In this document: one piece after another, positions 7,658-16,123 of the stretch
How the letters are laid out: every line of letters starts with the position of its first letter
How positions within the stretch are numbered: position 1 is the first letter of the stretch
Virus record (IMG/VR): IMGVR_UViG_3300027764_000019
Coordinates: 1 to 31,860 of that record
Origin: a virus
Taxonomy: Duplodnaviria > Caudoviricetes
DNA length: 31,860 nt
Direction: 5' to 3' (one strand)
Made by a program: the position numbers and the translations under genes
The notes under the pieces: model-generated
Seen by the model: the letters and a program-made list of their open reading frames with translations, nothing else
Told to the model about the DNA's origin: nothing
Database searches by the model: none

Positions 7658-9946
7658 TTATGAGAATGAGAAGCCAGCAGCGGCAGACGCTTCTCTGGCA
7701 GTGCCAACGCCTGTTGTGTCGCTAGCAACCACTCCAGTATTAGAAACAAGATTTGTCATTGATAAAGCAATAGCCCCGTTATATCCATAACCAAAAATGG
7801 CTTTATCACCCCCATACCCTGCGGCAGAAAGCGCGCTTCTGGCAGTTCCTACCCCTGTGGTATCTGTTGCAACAACACCTGTGTTAGACACAAGGTTGGT
7901 TATCGAATAAAATAAAGTGTAGCCGCCATACCCAAATATAGCCTTATCTGTGCCATAACCAGTAGCCGCCAAAATTTGCCTAGCGGTGCCAACGCCGGTT
8001 GTATCTGTTGCAACCACGCCAGTGTTGGATACCAAGTTGGTAATTGACACACTAGTTGCAGATAGAACAGTAGCGCCATAACCAAAGATAGCTTTGTCTG
8101 TACCATACCCTGCCGCTGACAAATATATTCTAGCCGTTCCAACGCCCGTTGTGTCTGTAGCAACCACCCCGGTATTAGATACCAAATTAGTTAGTGAGTA
8201 AAATGTAACGCTGTAGTTATTACCGCCATACCCAAATATAGCTTTGTCGCTACCATATTTGGCGGCTGCGGGGGCAACTCTAGCGGTTCCAACCCCGGCA
8301 GTGTCTGTTGCAACAACTCCAGCGTTAGATACTAAATTTGATAAGTTATAAAAAGTGCCTGCGTTAGAACCATATCCAAATATAGCTTTGTCGCCGCCAT
8401 AACCAGTAGCTGCAAGATACGATCTGCCCGTGCCAACCCCAGCGGTATCTGTAGCAACTACGCCGGTATTAGATACAATGTTGGTTATCGCTAAGGCGTT
8501 GTATCCAAACCCAAAAATAGCCCGCTGAGTAGCAGTGCCGCTAGGGTAGGTAGGTGCTTGGTTCGGGAACGCAGCAGTCGGCGGCGTGAACGTGGCAACG
8601 TATCGAGCTACACCATTAGTGATGCGAATGTCGTCTAGATAGCCGTCAAAGTAGTAAAGAGTGGTGTAGCTATTAGCTGCGCCTACCAACAGGGGCAAAG
8701 TTGCAACAGAACTATTTGGTAGTGACCCACTAGCAACAAGAACCCCGTTTATGAAAAGACGCAATGTTCCAGATTGCCTTGAAACCGCCAAGTGAGTCCA
8801 AGTTGTAAGGGCGGGGGTTGTGGCGTATCGCACATCGCTACCGCTTGAGCCGGTGCCCATGTAAAAAAGCAGCCCGCGAGTATTTGAATATTCTAAAAAC
8901 CATCCAAAATTGCTACCGGCTTGATTGCAATCTAAAAGACATGCTGTTGCTACGTTATTAACAACATACGCCCAAGTTTCAACAGTAAAGTCTCCAGCCG
9001 CAAACTGGAATTGACTCTTTATTGGCGTAGACAAGTAATTGCCTGAACCTGTCCTAACAGACCCAGTACCGTACTTAAACACACTAGTACTGATCTGCGC
9101 CGAGTTTACCGTCTCAAGGTTATTAATTTCCGCGTTGTCAAAGATAGCCCCGTTGGTAAAGCCCAGCAGTAGCGAGGTGTTTGTAATTGCGGTCAGTGGC
9201 GCTGTGGGCGGTGTAAAGTTGGCTGTGTAGACTGCTGTGCCCTTGACTACCCGGAGATTTGATATGTAGCCAGGGAAATAGCTGCTAGCATTCTGAGCGC
9301 CAATGAAAACCGCAGACAATGTAGAAGCCACTAAACTGTAACCCGTAGTTGTCCCAGTTAACGATTGAGAAACACCATTAAAGTAAATAGTAAGCGTTCC
9401 CGCGTTAAATACAACCGCAACATGAGTCCAAGTGTTAAGAGAAATAGCGGTTGTAGTATTTGCGTTTGCGCCAGCGACAAACACGGTATTGGTAGTGCCA
9501 AATATTCCAACGTCAAAGGAATTGGTGTTGGAACCGTTCGTTACAATCCGCTTATTTCCTGTAGCTGAGGTTAGGTATATCCACGCCTCAGTAGTTGATG
9601 TTGCGCCAAGCGTAAATGCAGCGTTATTAGGAACAGTAAGATAATCTGTTGACCCATTAAAATACCCAGACCCTCCGTTTACAGCAACAGAGTAGGGGTA
9701 GGTAAGGACAAACGGATTGAACGAGCCTTGGGTCGTGTTACCGGCGCGGGTGACGGTGAAGTTGTTGGTGCTACCGTCTAGGAACGTGTTGTTCTGTGCG
9801 GCATTGACCCCATCCCCGTGCAGGAGCATGGAGACGAAAGGCCAGTAGGGGTCAGTGACAACCGCAATAGTACCCGTGCCTGTGTCGATGGCAATGATCC
9901 CCTGGACGCCCAAGGCGATACTGTTCTGGGCGCCAAGGAAGCTCAT
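7658..9946 (-). CDS. Two LamG/concanavalin-A-like domains plus a six-repeat (probable beta-propeller) C-terminus; putative adhesin
   Basis: LamG-type motifs twice (TEAWIY..NTWTHVAVV..GYISNLRVVKG; FTVETW..WTHLAVSR..GYLDDIRITNGVARY). Six ~48-aa repeats AIFGYG..TNLVSNTGVVATDTTGVGTAR..AAAGYG. Confidence 0.8.
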   Translation of the reverse strand: MSFLGAQNSIALGVQGIIAIDTGTGTIAVVTDPYWPFVSMLLHGDGVNAAQNNTFLDGSTNNFTVTRAGNTTQGSFNPFVLTYPYSVAVNGGSGYFNGSTDYLTVPNNAAFTLGATSTTEAWIYLTSATGNKRIVTNGSNTNSFDVGIFGTTNTVFVAGANANTTTAISLNTWTHVAVVFNAGTLTIYFNGVSQSLTGTTTGYSLVASTLSAVFIGAQNASSYFPGYISNLRVVKGTAVYTANFTPPTAPLTAITNTSLLLGFTNGAIFDNAEINNLETVNSAQISTSVFKYGTGSVRTGSGNYLSTPIKSQFQFAAGDFTVETWAYVVNNVATACLLDCNQAGSNFGWFLEYSNTRGLLFYMGTGSSGSDVRYATTPALTTWTHLAVSRQSGTLRLFINGVLVASGSLPNSSVATLPLLVGAANSYTTLYYFDGYLDDIRITNGVARYVATFTPPTAAFPNQAPTYPSGTATQRAIFGFGYNALAITNIVSNTGVVATDTAGVGTGRSYLAATGYGGDKAIFGYGSNAGTFYNLSNLVSNAGVVATDTAGVGTARVAPAAAKYGSDKAIFGYGGNNYSVTFYSLTNLVSNTGVVATDTTGVGTARIYLSAAGYGTDKAIFGYGATVLSATSVSITNLVSNTGVVATDTTGVGTARQILAATGYGTDKAIFGYGGYTLFYSITNLVSNTGVVATDTTGVGTARSALSAAGYGGDKAIFGYGYNGAIALSMTNLVSNTGVVASDTTGVGTAREASAAAGFSFS
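7670..8525 (-). repeat. Six degenerate ~140-155 bp coding repeats
   Basis: Recurring DNA motifs (ccaaatatagctttgtc; tctgttgcaac) match the protein repeats. Confidence 0.85.
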
Positions 9947-10248
9947 TGCTTGTTCACCGGCTTCGTGTAGAGGTCACCAGCAGCAGCGACTTGGATCGCG
10001 CTGACACGCCAAGGAGCGCCAGTGCCAGTCGGAATCTTGAACGGAATGGCCACGTTCGCAGGTACATACGTCCCGTCAGTAGCTGAGGCGGTCACGCCTT
10101 CGCCCACCAGCACATACGCCGCCGAGGTGACCGTCACCACCACGCCTTGAGGCCCAGCAGGCCAGGTGCCTGTAGAGCCAGCAGTGCCGGTGTAGGCGAC
10201 CGTCTTAGGACCAAGTTGCGTGCCGATGCACGGGTTGAGCATTTCCAT
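9943..10248 (-). CDS. Small hypothetical virion protein
   Basis: 101 aa beta-rich ORF in the head operon; stop overlaps the next ATG. Confidence 0.7.
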   Translation of the reverse strand: MEMLNPCIGTQLGPKTVAYTGTAGSTGTWPAGPQGVVVTVTSAAYVLVGEGVTASATDGTYVPANVAIPFKIPTGTGAPWRVSAIQVAAAGDLYTKPVNKQ

Positions 10249-10251
10249 CAG

Positions 10252-10614
10252 TTACCCCAAGAATTTCAATTTGTAGAGCGTTCGGAGATAAATCTCGACA
10301 ATGTTGTCGATCAACTGCTGCAACGCTGAGTCAGTCTTGTCGCATACGTCATACCGCACAGACTCGATCTCATCCAACTGCGCCTGCAAGAACTCGACAA
10401 TATTAGTCGTTTTCTTGGAAGACTGCAAAGTGATTCCGCCGATCAGCCCGTACCGGCCCTGATACGCCTCGGCAAAGTCGTCAGCCGCACCAATAATGCG
10501 GTTGTAGAAGATGTTGAGCGCCTCATGCTTGCTGAAGCTGCGCGTGTTGAGATGGACGCTGTGCGCCACATCCCGGCCCAAGAAGAGCAAGCCCATGAAA
10601 TCATTGCATTTCAT
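10252..10614 (-). CDS. Ferritin/Dps-like four-helix protein (DUF5856-like)
   Basis: HSVHLNTRSFSKHEALNIFY...DDFAEAYQG...TLYKLKFL pattern; overlaps the portal stop. Confidence 0.65.
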   Translation of the reverse strand: MKCNDFMGLLFLGRDVAHSVHLNTRSFSKHEALNIFYNRIIGAADDFAEAYQGRYGLIGGITLQSSKKTTNIVEFLQAQLDEIESVRYDVCDKTDSALQQLIDNIVEIYLRTLYKLKFLG

Positions 10615-12775
10615 TTTGCGGCATCTCCTGCATAGGCTCTTGCGGCATCTCTTGCATAGGCTCTTGCGGCATCATGTCCTGATCGCGTCCTGGCATCTCG
10701 CCTATGAGGTCACCGCTGGTGATCATGCCATGGACCGTGCCCAAGACTATTTCCTGAATCTGGTCAGGCGTCATGCCGGCCATCGTGGCGCTGATCCGCT
10801 TGGTCTCAGCATCGTAAGCCTTGACCTGGCTGTCGAACTGTTTGACCTGCAAGTCTTGCGCTTCCATCGACTTCGACACGTTCTGGAGCATCTGGTGCAT
10901 CTGCTCCATCTCCTGGCCCATCGCCTGCATCTGCTGCTGCGCGGCCTGGAGTGCCGGATCGTCATCATCGGCCAGCAGTTTCGGGTCGATGGTCTTGGCA
11001 AACCGCTTGCTCATCTCCTGAGCACCCGGCCAGTCCATGTTCTTGATGAACAAGTCACCCGCCACGCCCCACAGTTGCGGGTTGCCTTGCAACAACTGAC
11101 TCATGGCGTCCAGCGACTCTTGGCGCTTGGTCATGTAGCTCGGACCAGTCGTCACGCACACATCGTACTGGCCAACGCCGAGGTTGTAGATCTTCTTGAT
11201 CACAACGCCTGCCTGGTCCACGATCTTGCGCACCGGCTGCGGCTGATTCGGGTCGATCATCGCCGAATCCGTCTCCCCATCGATGCCGATGATGCGGGCA
11301 ATGCGCTGGGTGTCGTAGATTTTCGGAATCAAGTCCACAATCTGCCGAGTGGTGTACCGAATCGCCCGCGCCAGATTGTCGACGTAGTGGTAGGTGCCTG
11401 TGTCGCCCTGTTTTTCACGCGCCAGGATCGCTCGGCCAGAGCGTTCGTTGCTTGTGGCGCCCAAACTAGAGTCATATTGGCCGGTAGTGCTCTTGATGTC
11501 ATCAGAAGCGCCCGCCTTGGCCTGTAGGAGCCCGCTGGAGGCCATTGGAGGCTGTGACCGTGCCGGTAGGGGCAGTACGCCGCCTGCGCCGTCTGTAACG
11601 TCAGGGTTGACCTCCAAATACGGCCAATTTGTCGTGTTTGCGGTCTTCCACTGGTTCTCATAGCCCTCAAACTGACCGCCGTACCCGATAAACGGGGCTT
11701 TTGGCGCTAGTGCGAGCATCTCAGCCTCTTGGCTGACCCAGTAGTTGTACATGCGCTGGGCGTCTTTGGCGTTGCGGATCAGCCCAGAGACGTACAGGCG
11801 ACCGTCAACCTCAAATTCGTTGCCAACAACGCGGATAACGGGTATGGATTTGCCCGCCCACTCGTGTTCTTCGATGAACTCAAACCCGTTTGTCTTGCAC
11901 CGCTTGATCTTCTTCTGATCCACGATGCGCGTCTTAATGGGTTTCATGCCCATCATGCGCATCTGGCGGTCTTCGGGCGAGTTCTCCATCGCCGACACGT
12001 TGCCGTGGTACAGGTGCAGCGTTACAGGCGTGTGCTCAGTGTAGAAATACTCCGCAATGCGTACCGTCTTCTCGCTGATCCACGGGCTCAGGCTCTGGTC
12101 GCCCACGCCGCGCTGCATCATGGTCGATATCGGCGATGCGTCGGGGAACTGGCGCTCGTACTCGTCAGCCGTCAAGTCTTCGGTGATAAAGCACCACTCC
12201 GCGTCTGACCCACAGGGGTCTTGGATCGTCGGGTCCATGTACACGCTGAACGAGTTGCGCACCCGAGCGATACGGATGTCCTGCTCAAAACTGTCGTCGT
12301 TGCAGTACTCGGTCAAGAGCCGGATGTAGCCCTCACCGTACGTCACCTGGTTCTCGCAGGCGGTGTCGTAGGCTACGTCAGCGTCCGAGATGTACTCGAT
12401 GTGCCGCACGATGCCGTCGAATATCTCAGCGACCTCGATGTCAGCCTTGTCGTCCACCGGGATGACTTTGCCGCTGGGCCGGTTCTGCCGTTGGTCGTTC
12501 GTGACCTGCTTGACGTGCTGGGGCAACTTGTTGATCGTCAGGCATGGCCTGGCGTTGATCGTCTGCCCTTGGACGCTGCCTCGCGTTGCCAGCACATCTG
12601 CCGGCCATTGCCACTGGTTGTCGGGACTGCCTGCGGCAAAGCGCAGGTCGTCTAGCTCATCCTCGCGGGACTCGCTGTAGGCCGACACAGCCATCGTAAA
12701 GCGGCTACGCATGATGTTCAGATCGTCGGCGTTGCCGCCGGCGACTGACTTAGCCGCTTTGATGTCAGAGTTCAT
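10601..12775 (-). CDS. Portal protein, P22 gp1 family
   Basis: 724 aa; QW..RPCLTINKL..V.NDQRQNRP, GEGYIR, GLIRNAKDAQRMYNYW, SNERSGRAILAR, YDVCVTTGPSYMTKRQE, Gln-rich C-terminal helix. Confidence 0.93.
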   Translation of the reverse strand: MNSDIKAAKSVAGGNADDLNIMRSRFTMAVSAYSESREDELDDLRFAAGSPDNQWQWPADVLATRGSVQGQTINARPCLTINKLPQHVKQVTNDQRQNRPSGKVIPVDDKADIEVAEIFDGIVRHIEYISDADVAYDTACENQVTYGEGYIRLLTEYCNDDSFEQDIRIARVRNSFSVYMDPTIQDPCGSDAEWCFITEDLTADEYERQFPDASPISTMMQRGVGDQSLSPWISEKTVRIAEYFYTEHTPVTLHLYHGNVSAMENSPEDRQMRMMGMKPIKTRIVDQKKIKRCKTNGFEFIEEHEWAGKSIPVIRVVGNEFEVDGRLYVSGLIRNAKDAQRMYNYWVSQEAEMLALAPKAPFIGYGGQFEGYENQWKTANTTNWPYLEVNPDVTDGAGGVLPLPARSQPPMASSGLLQAKAGASDDIKSTTGQYDSSLGATSNERSGRAILAREKQGDTGTYHYVDNLARAIRYTTRQIVDLIPKIYDTQRIARIIGIDGETDSAMIDPNQPQPVRKIVDQAGVVIKKIYNLGVGQYDVCVTTGPSYMTKRQESLDAMSQLLQGNPQLWGVAGDLFIKNMDWPGAQEMSKRFAKTIDPKLLADDDDPALQAAQQQMQAMGQEMEQMHQMLQNVSKSMEAQDLQVKQFDSQVKAYDAETKRISATMAGMTPDQIQEIVLGTVHGMITSGDLIGEMPGRDQDMMPQEPMQEMPQEPMQEMPQNEMQ
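10616..10673. repeat. 24-bp tandem repeat (~2.4 copies) encoding MPQEPMQE in the portal tail
   Basis: TTGCGGCATC recurs at 10616, 10640 and 10664. Confidence 0.85.
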
Positions 12776-12915
12776 TTCTTCTTTGCTGACTGCACAAAGG
12801 CTTTAGCCGTCGGCGCTCCCGGCGTACCGGGCTTGCGCATCTTCTCTTTGCTACCCGCCGCAATACGATCTTGCTTGGCGTTGATGTTTGCGTACAAACC
12901 GGGTTTATTGCGCAT
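12772..12915 (-). CDS. Small basic protein, 47 aa (MRNKPGLYANINAKQDRIAAGSKEKMRKPGTPGAPTAKAFVQSAKKK)
   Basis: Manual ORF; its TGA overlaps the portal ATG; Lys/Ala-rich. Confidence 0.75.
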   Translation of the reverse strand: MRNKPGLYANINAKQDRIAAGSKEKMRKPGTPGAPTAKAFVQSAKKK

Positions 12916-13309
12916 GGATGATCGCAAAGTTGATGACCACAGCCTCTAGCAGCGCGCCGGCAGTGATGTTGCGCAGCGTGATCGTTGCCGACCCTGTTAG
13001 CATACTAGACACCCAGCAGTTGTAGGCGCCTGCCGTAGCGTTGGCGCTGGCCACGTTGACGATGATTACGTCCTTGGCCGACAGCACGCTGTTGGTCAAC
13101 GTAAAAGTCACGTTGGTGGTGCCAGCAAGCGATGCGGCATTCATTGTGATCTGCCCAGCGCTGGTGTTGACCGTCACGCCGGTGGACTTGCTGGTAGCCT
13201 GCGTCACCGCAGTTTGAGCAGCGGTCGAGTACCCAATTTCTTGGGTGGCGTAGCAAGTGGTGAACTCCGGGTCCGCGTAAGCGATGCCGGTAGATTGTGA
13301 ATTTGACAT
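12905..13309 (-). CDS. Hypothetical virion structural protein
   Basis: 134 aa Thr/Ala/Ser-rich beta protein; ATG abuts the terL stop. Confidence 0.75.
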   Translation of the reverse strand: MSNSQSTGIAYADPEFTTCYATQEIGYSTAAQTAVTQATSKSTGVTVNTSAGQITMNAASLAGTTNVTFTLTNSVLSAKDVIIVNVASANATAGAYNCWVSSMLTGSATITLRNITAGALLEAVVINFAIIHAQ

Positions 13310-14851
13310 TTAACTTCCCATCCAACTAGTTAGGACGCCTTGCGGCGCGTAGGTTTTACGAGGAGACCTGTCTACATACTCCCGATGCGCCACCGGGAAC
13401 GCGAACGTCACCGCCAGCGCGTCAGCAGCATCAGGACTGGCAAGACCTCTTGAGCGCATTTCCTTCTTGCCTTCTAAGAAGATTGTACCGCTAGAGTTAG
13501 GCTTCTTGGTTGGCCCCACCAGGTCTGCCTTGAGTTGCCGATCCTCGGGTATGGATGCGCTTCGCAGCCAGTCCTTCATCGTGCCCCACATCTCAGCCCG
13601 CTTGTTGCCCCACATCACCGAGTTCTTGGCCTTCCAGCCAAAGTTCACTCCGCGTACCTTATACCGTTGTTCGTTCAGTCTGTCAAGTATACCGTACCCT
13701 AGCCCGCCCTCGTCAATCACCGTCAGCACCGGCTTGAACTCCTCAATGGCGTCGATCACCCGACCGACGATGGTCATAGTGTCCTCGCCTTTGAAGCGTT
13801 TGATACTGATGATGTCCCGACCCTGGCGCACCAGTATCACTGTGGAGTCCATCCCCCCTCGAGCGGGGTCGATGCCCATGACGATGGGTGCGGTCATGTC
13901 CTTGTACCTGACCCGCTTCATGGCAGCGTCGACCACGCCAGGCATGATGAACTGGTCGTCCCCGCTCTTGGGGAACTCACCGTAGACCTCGACGCGAGCT
14001 TCGTCGCTGTCCTCACCGTACTCGGCGATGATCTGGTTGTAGATCGACTTGTCGGTGCCCTCGACGTTGCGAGCGTCGATCTTGCGCGAATTCCAAAAGT
14101 CCCGTTTGCTGCCGTCGACCGCTTCGTAGAAGTACCCGGTGTTGCGCCGACCGTTGCTGAACGCAAACCAGAACCGATCCAAGATGTTCTCGGTGAAGAA
14201 CCCCGCCGCCACGGACCAGATACTGTCTGGGATACCCGATGCCTCATCGAAGATCACCATCATGCCGTCCATGTTGTGAACACCGGCGTAGGCGTCTGGG
14301 TTCTCTTCGCTCCAGAGCTTCCCCTCGGCTCCCCAGTACCGGGTGCCCTTCTGTAGGTCACGCTCGACCAGGTCCGTCAGCCATGTCGCCGGCACCATCT
14401 TCGTGGCCGATGGCTCCCACCAGTGCGAGTTGATCGACATGGTGGCCCACTTGGTCAGTTCACCCCATGTGACCGTTCTCAACTGGGTCTCGCTGTTCGC
14501 GCTGACCACCACGCTCGACCCGATGCGAGTCGACAGCATCCACATCACCAACCACGACACCAGCGCGCTCTTACCCACGCCCCGTCCTGACGAGATCGCC
14601 CCGCGCATCGCCTCGATCAGTTCCGACGAGTCGATCCGGCCCTGGTTTAGCTTCAGGAAGTCCCGTATCTCGCGCAGCACCTCGCGCTGCCACTTGCGCG
14701 GACCCTTGAACTTCTCCAGCGGGGTGTTCACCTGGCCCCACGGGAACGCGAACATGACGAAGTTCTCAGGGTCGTTCGCAATCTGCGGCGACCACAACTG
14801 GGTCATTAGTTGCTGCTCTTCTTCCGACGAGTACTTAGGCTTCTGCATCAA
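13310..14851 (-). CDS. terL: Terminase large subunit
   Basis: Walker A SGRGVGKS, Walker B VIFDEASG, RNase H-like nuclease motifs MGIDPARGGMD and SPDAADAL. Confidence 0.95.
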   Translation of the reverse strand: MMQKPKYSSEEEQQLMTQLWSPQIANDPENFVMFAFPWGQVNTPLEKFKGPRKWQREVLREIRDFLKLNQGRIDSSELIEAMRGAISSGRGVGKSALVSWLVMWMLSTRIGSSVVVSANSETQLRTVTWGELTKWATMSINSHWWEPSATKMVPATWLTDLVERDLQKGTRYWGAEGKLWSEENPDAYAGVHNMDGMMVIFDEASGIPDSIWSVAAGFFTENILDRFWFAFSNGRRNTGYFYEAVDGSKRDFWNSRKIDARNVEGTDKSIYNQIIAEYGEDSDEARVEVYGEFPKSGDDQFIMPGVVDAAMKRVRYKDMTAPIVMGIDPARGGMDSTVILVRQGRDIISIKRFKGEDTMTIVGRVIDAIEEFKPVLTVIDEGGLGYGILDRLNEQRYKVRGVNFGWKAKNSVMWGNKRAEMWGTMKDWLRSASIPEDRQLKADLVGPTKKPNSSGTIFLEGKKEMRSRGLASPDAADALAVTFAFPVAHREYVDRSPRKTYAPQGVLTSWMGS

Positions 14852-15399
14852 CCGTTGTCCATCTCGAGTACATCAATCACCTCGTTCTCGATCACCCTGG
14901 TCTTCGCCGCAGCTAGTGCGGATGTGATCGAGATCGTCCCACCAAAGTCGATCTGCTTGGACTCACCATAGGCCTTGCGATTGTCCGATGCCATTAGCCA
15001 CTTGTAGGTATTGACGATCAGCGTGGACCGCTGGACATCCTCGGTCGTGTTCTCTGCGATGGCGTGCTCGATGATCTTCCCAGCCCACGCCTCAGTCCTG
15101 ATCTCCTTGGCTTCTTTGTACAAGACCTGGCGCTGGGGGTCCTTCTTGATCCAGCGAAGGAACGCCCCTGAGTCGATTTCCCTGAAGTCGTCACCGATTG
15201 CAGCCTGGAGGGTCGAGCCGCCGTACATCTTTTCCAAGATTCGGGGGAACACCGATTCGTACTGCATCAGTACGAGTTCGCGCATCGGCTTGCTACGAGC
15301 CGGGGGCGTGGGGTCAGGCGCAGAGAGCCAAGTGGGTAGTTCGAGGTTGCACTCAGGTGTGACAACTGCGCCTACGGATTGAGATCGATCTGTGTCCAT
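14848..15399 (-). CDS. terS: Terminase small subunit (probable; start ATG 15399)
   Basis: HTH-like segment ending FLRWIKKDP, then YKEAKE...DVQRSTL..YKWL...YG; stop overlaps the terL start. Confidence 0.75.
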   Translation of the reverse strand: MDTDRSQSVGAVVTPECNLELPTWLSAPDPTPPARSKPMRELVLMQYESVFPRILEKMYGGSTLQAAIGDDFREIDSGAFLRWIKKDPQRQVLYKEAKEIRTEAWAGKIIEHAIAENTTEDVQRSTLIVNTYKWLMASDNRKAYGESKQIDFGGTISITSALAAAKTRVIENEVIDVLEMDNG

Positions 15400-15409
15400 A
15401 GTGCTGCGC

Positions 15410-15438
15410 ATCTTACAGGGATGTTGGCATTTTGGCAA
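15410..15438 (-). promoter_or_regulatory. Sigma70-like promoter for terS / late operon
   Basis: TTGCCA-17 nt-TAAGAT on the - strand, 10 nt upstream of ATG 15399. Confidence 0.55.
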
Positions 15439-15577
15439 GAATCTAGGAAAACATGTTTTTGTGTGTCGTTGAAAAAAATAAAAATGTTCGCGGACCCTTC
15501 GCCAGCGTGACCGGCCGGTCGCCGGCCCTGCCCCCCTGGCTCGGCGCGGCGCTGGCCAGCCTGGCCAGGGTGCTCGA

Positions 15578-15690
15578 GCACCCAGCGGATCACTGCACCC
15601 AGCGGATCACTGCACCCAGTGGCACAGCACACCCAGCGGGTTACCTGCACCCAGCGGATCACTTGCACCCAGTGGCAATGACCCAGCGGG
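15578..15690 (+). repeat. Seven tandem ACCCAGYGG units (spacing 17,17,17,18,18,14)
   Basis: CACCCAG at 15579, 15596, 15613, 15630, 15648, 15666 and GACCCAG at 15680; further copies at ~16006 and ~16047. Confidence 0.9.
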
Positions 15691-15701
15691 TGCAGGTGAT
15701 C

Positions 15702-16038
15702 CTGTCACACTGTCACACCCTGCCAGCCGGGGTGCAGGGTGAAGGGGTGTGACAGATGGACAGAATCCAGAGAATCCGGGTTTTGCCAGGCTCTTTTGAC
15801 GCTCTGGAAGCGCTCGAGGGGCTGGGTGCGACAACTGGTCTCCGCAAGCGCGAGGGTTCCAGAATGATGATTTTTGAAACAGCACTAGGATTCTGGTTTT
15901 CCGGAAACCGTACCCCCCTCAGCTAAGTCCATCTGTCACACCCTCGCACAGCAGCACTCAGCAGAAACATGGAACAGTGCAATCCTGTCCATCTGTCACA
16001 GGCTGCACCCAGTGCGTCAACTGTCGCGAGTGTGACAG
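15702..16038. repeat. CTGTCACA motif family in both orientations, including a 17-bp perfect inverted repeat
   Basis: GGGTGTGACAGATGGAC (15745-15761) versus GTCCATCTGTCACACCC (15927-15943); other copies at 15702, 15710, 15985-16000 and 16030. Confidence 0.85.
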
Positions 16039-16123
16039 ACAGGGTGCACCCAGTGGATCAAAAATCGTCTTACCTGGCCAGACAGCCAGGCACCTGTAAC
16101 CCGTAACCAAGTGAGACCACAGC

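Noticed and set aside
7670-8525. Diversity-generating retroelement TR/VR pair
   Set aside because: Repeats differ at all base types and by indels, all lie in one reading frame, and no reverse transcriptase is in the window.
10511-12680. Several long + strand ORFs opposite the portal (similar ones lie opposite coat, terL, polymerase and helicase)
   Set aside because: Expected antisense frames in GC-rich coding DNA; no RBS or domain signal.
15578-15690. Possible CRISPR or mini-CRISPR array
   Set aside because: Repeats are about 9-10 nt with 5-9 nt related spacers; no cas genes. The Cas4-like gene belongs to the replication module.
15372-15885. Track ORFs across the repeat block (15372-15668, 15453-15752, 15607-15885)
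   Set aside because: Translations merely reflect the DNA repeats; no RBS; treated as non-coding.
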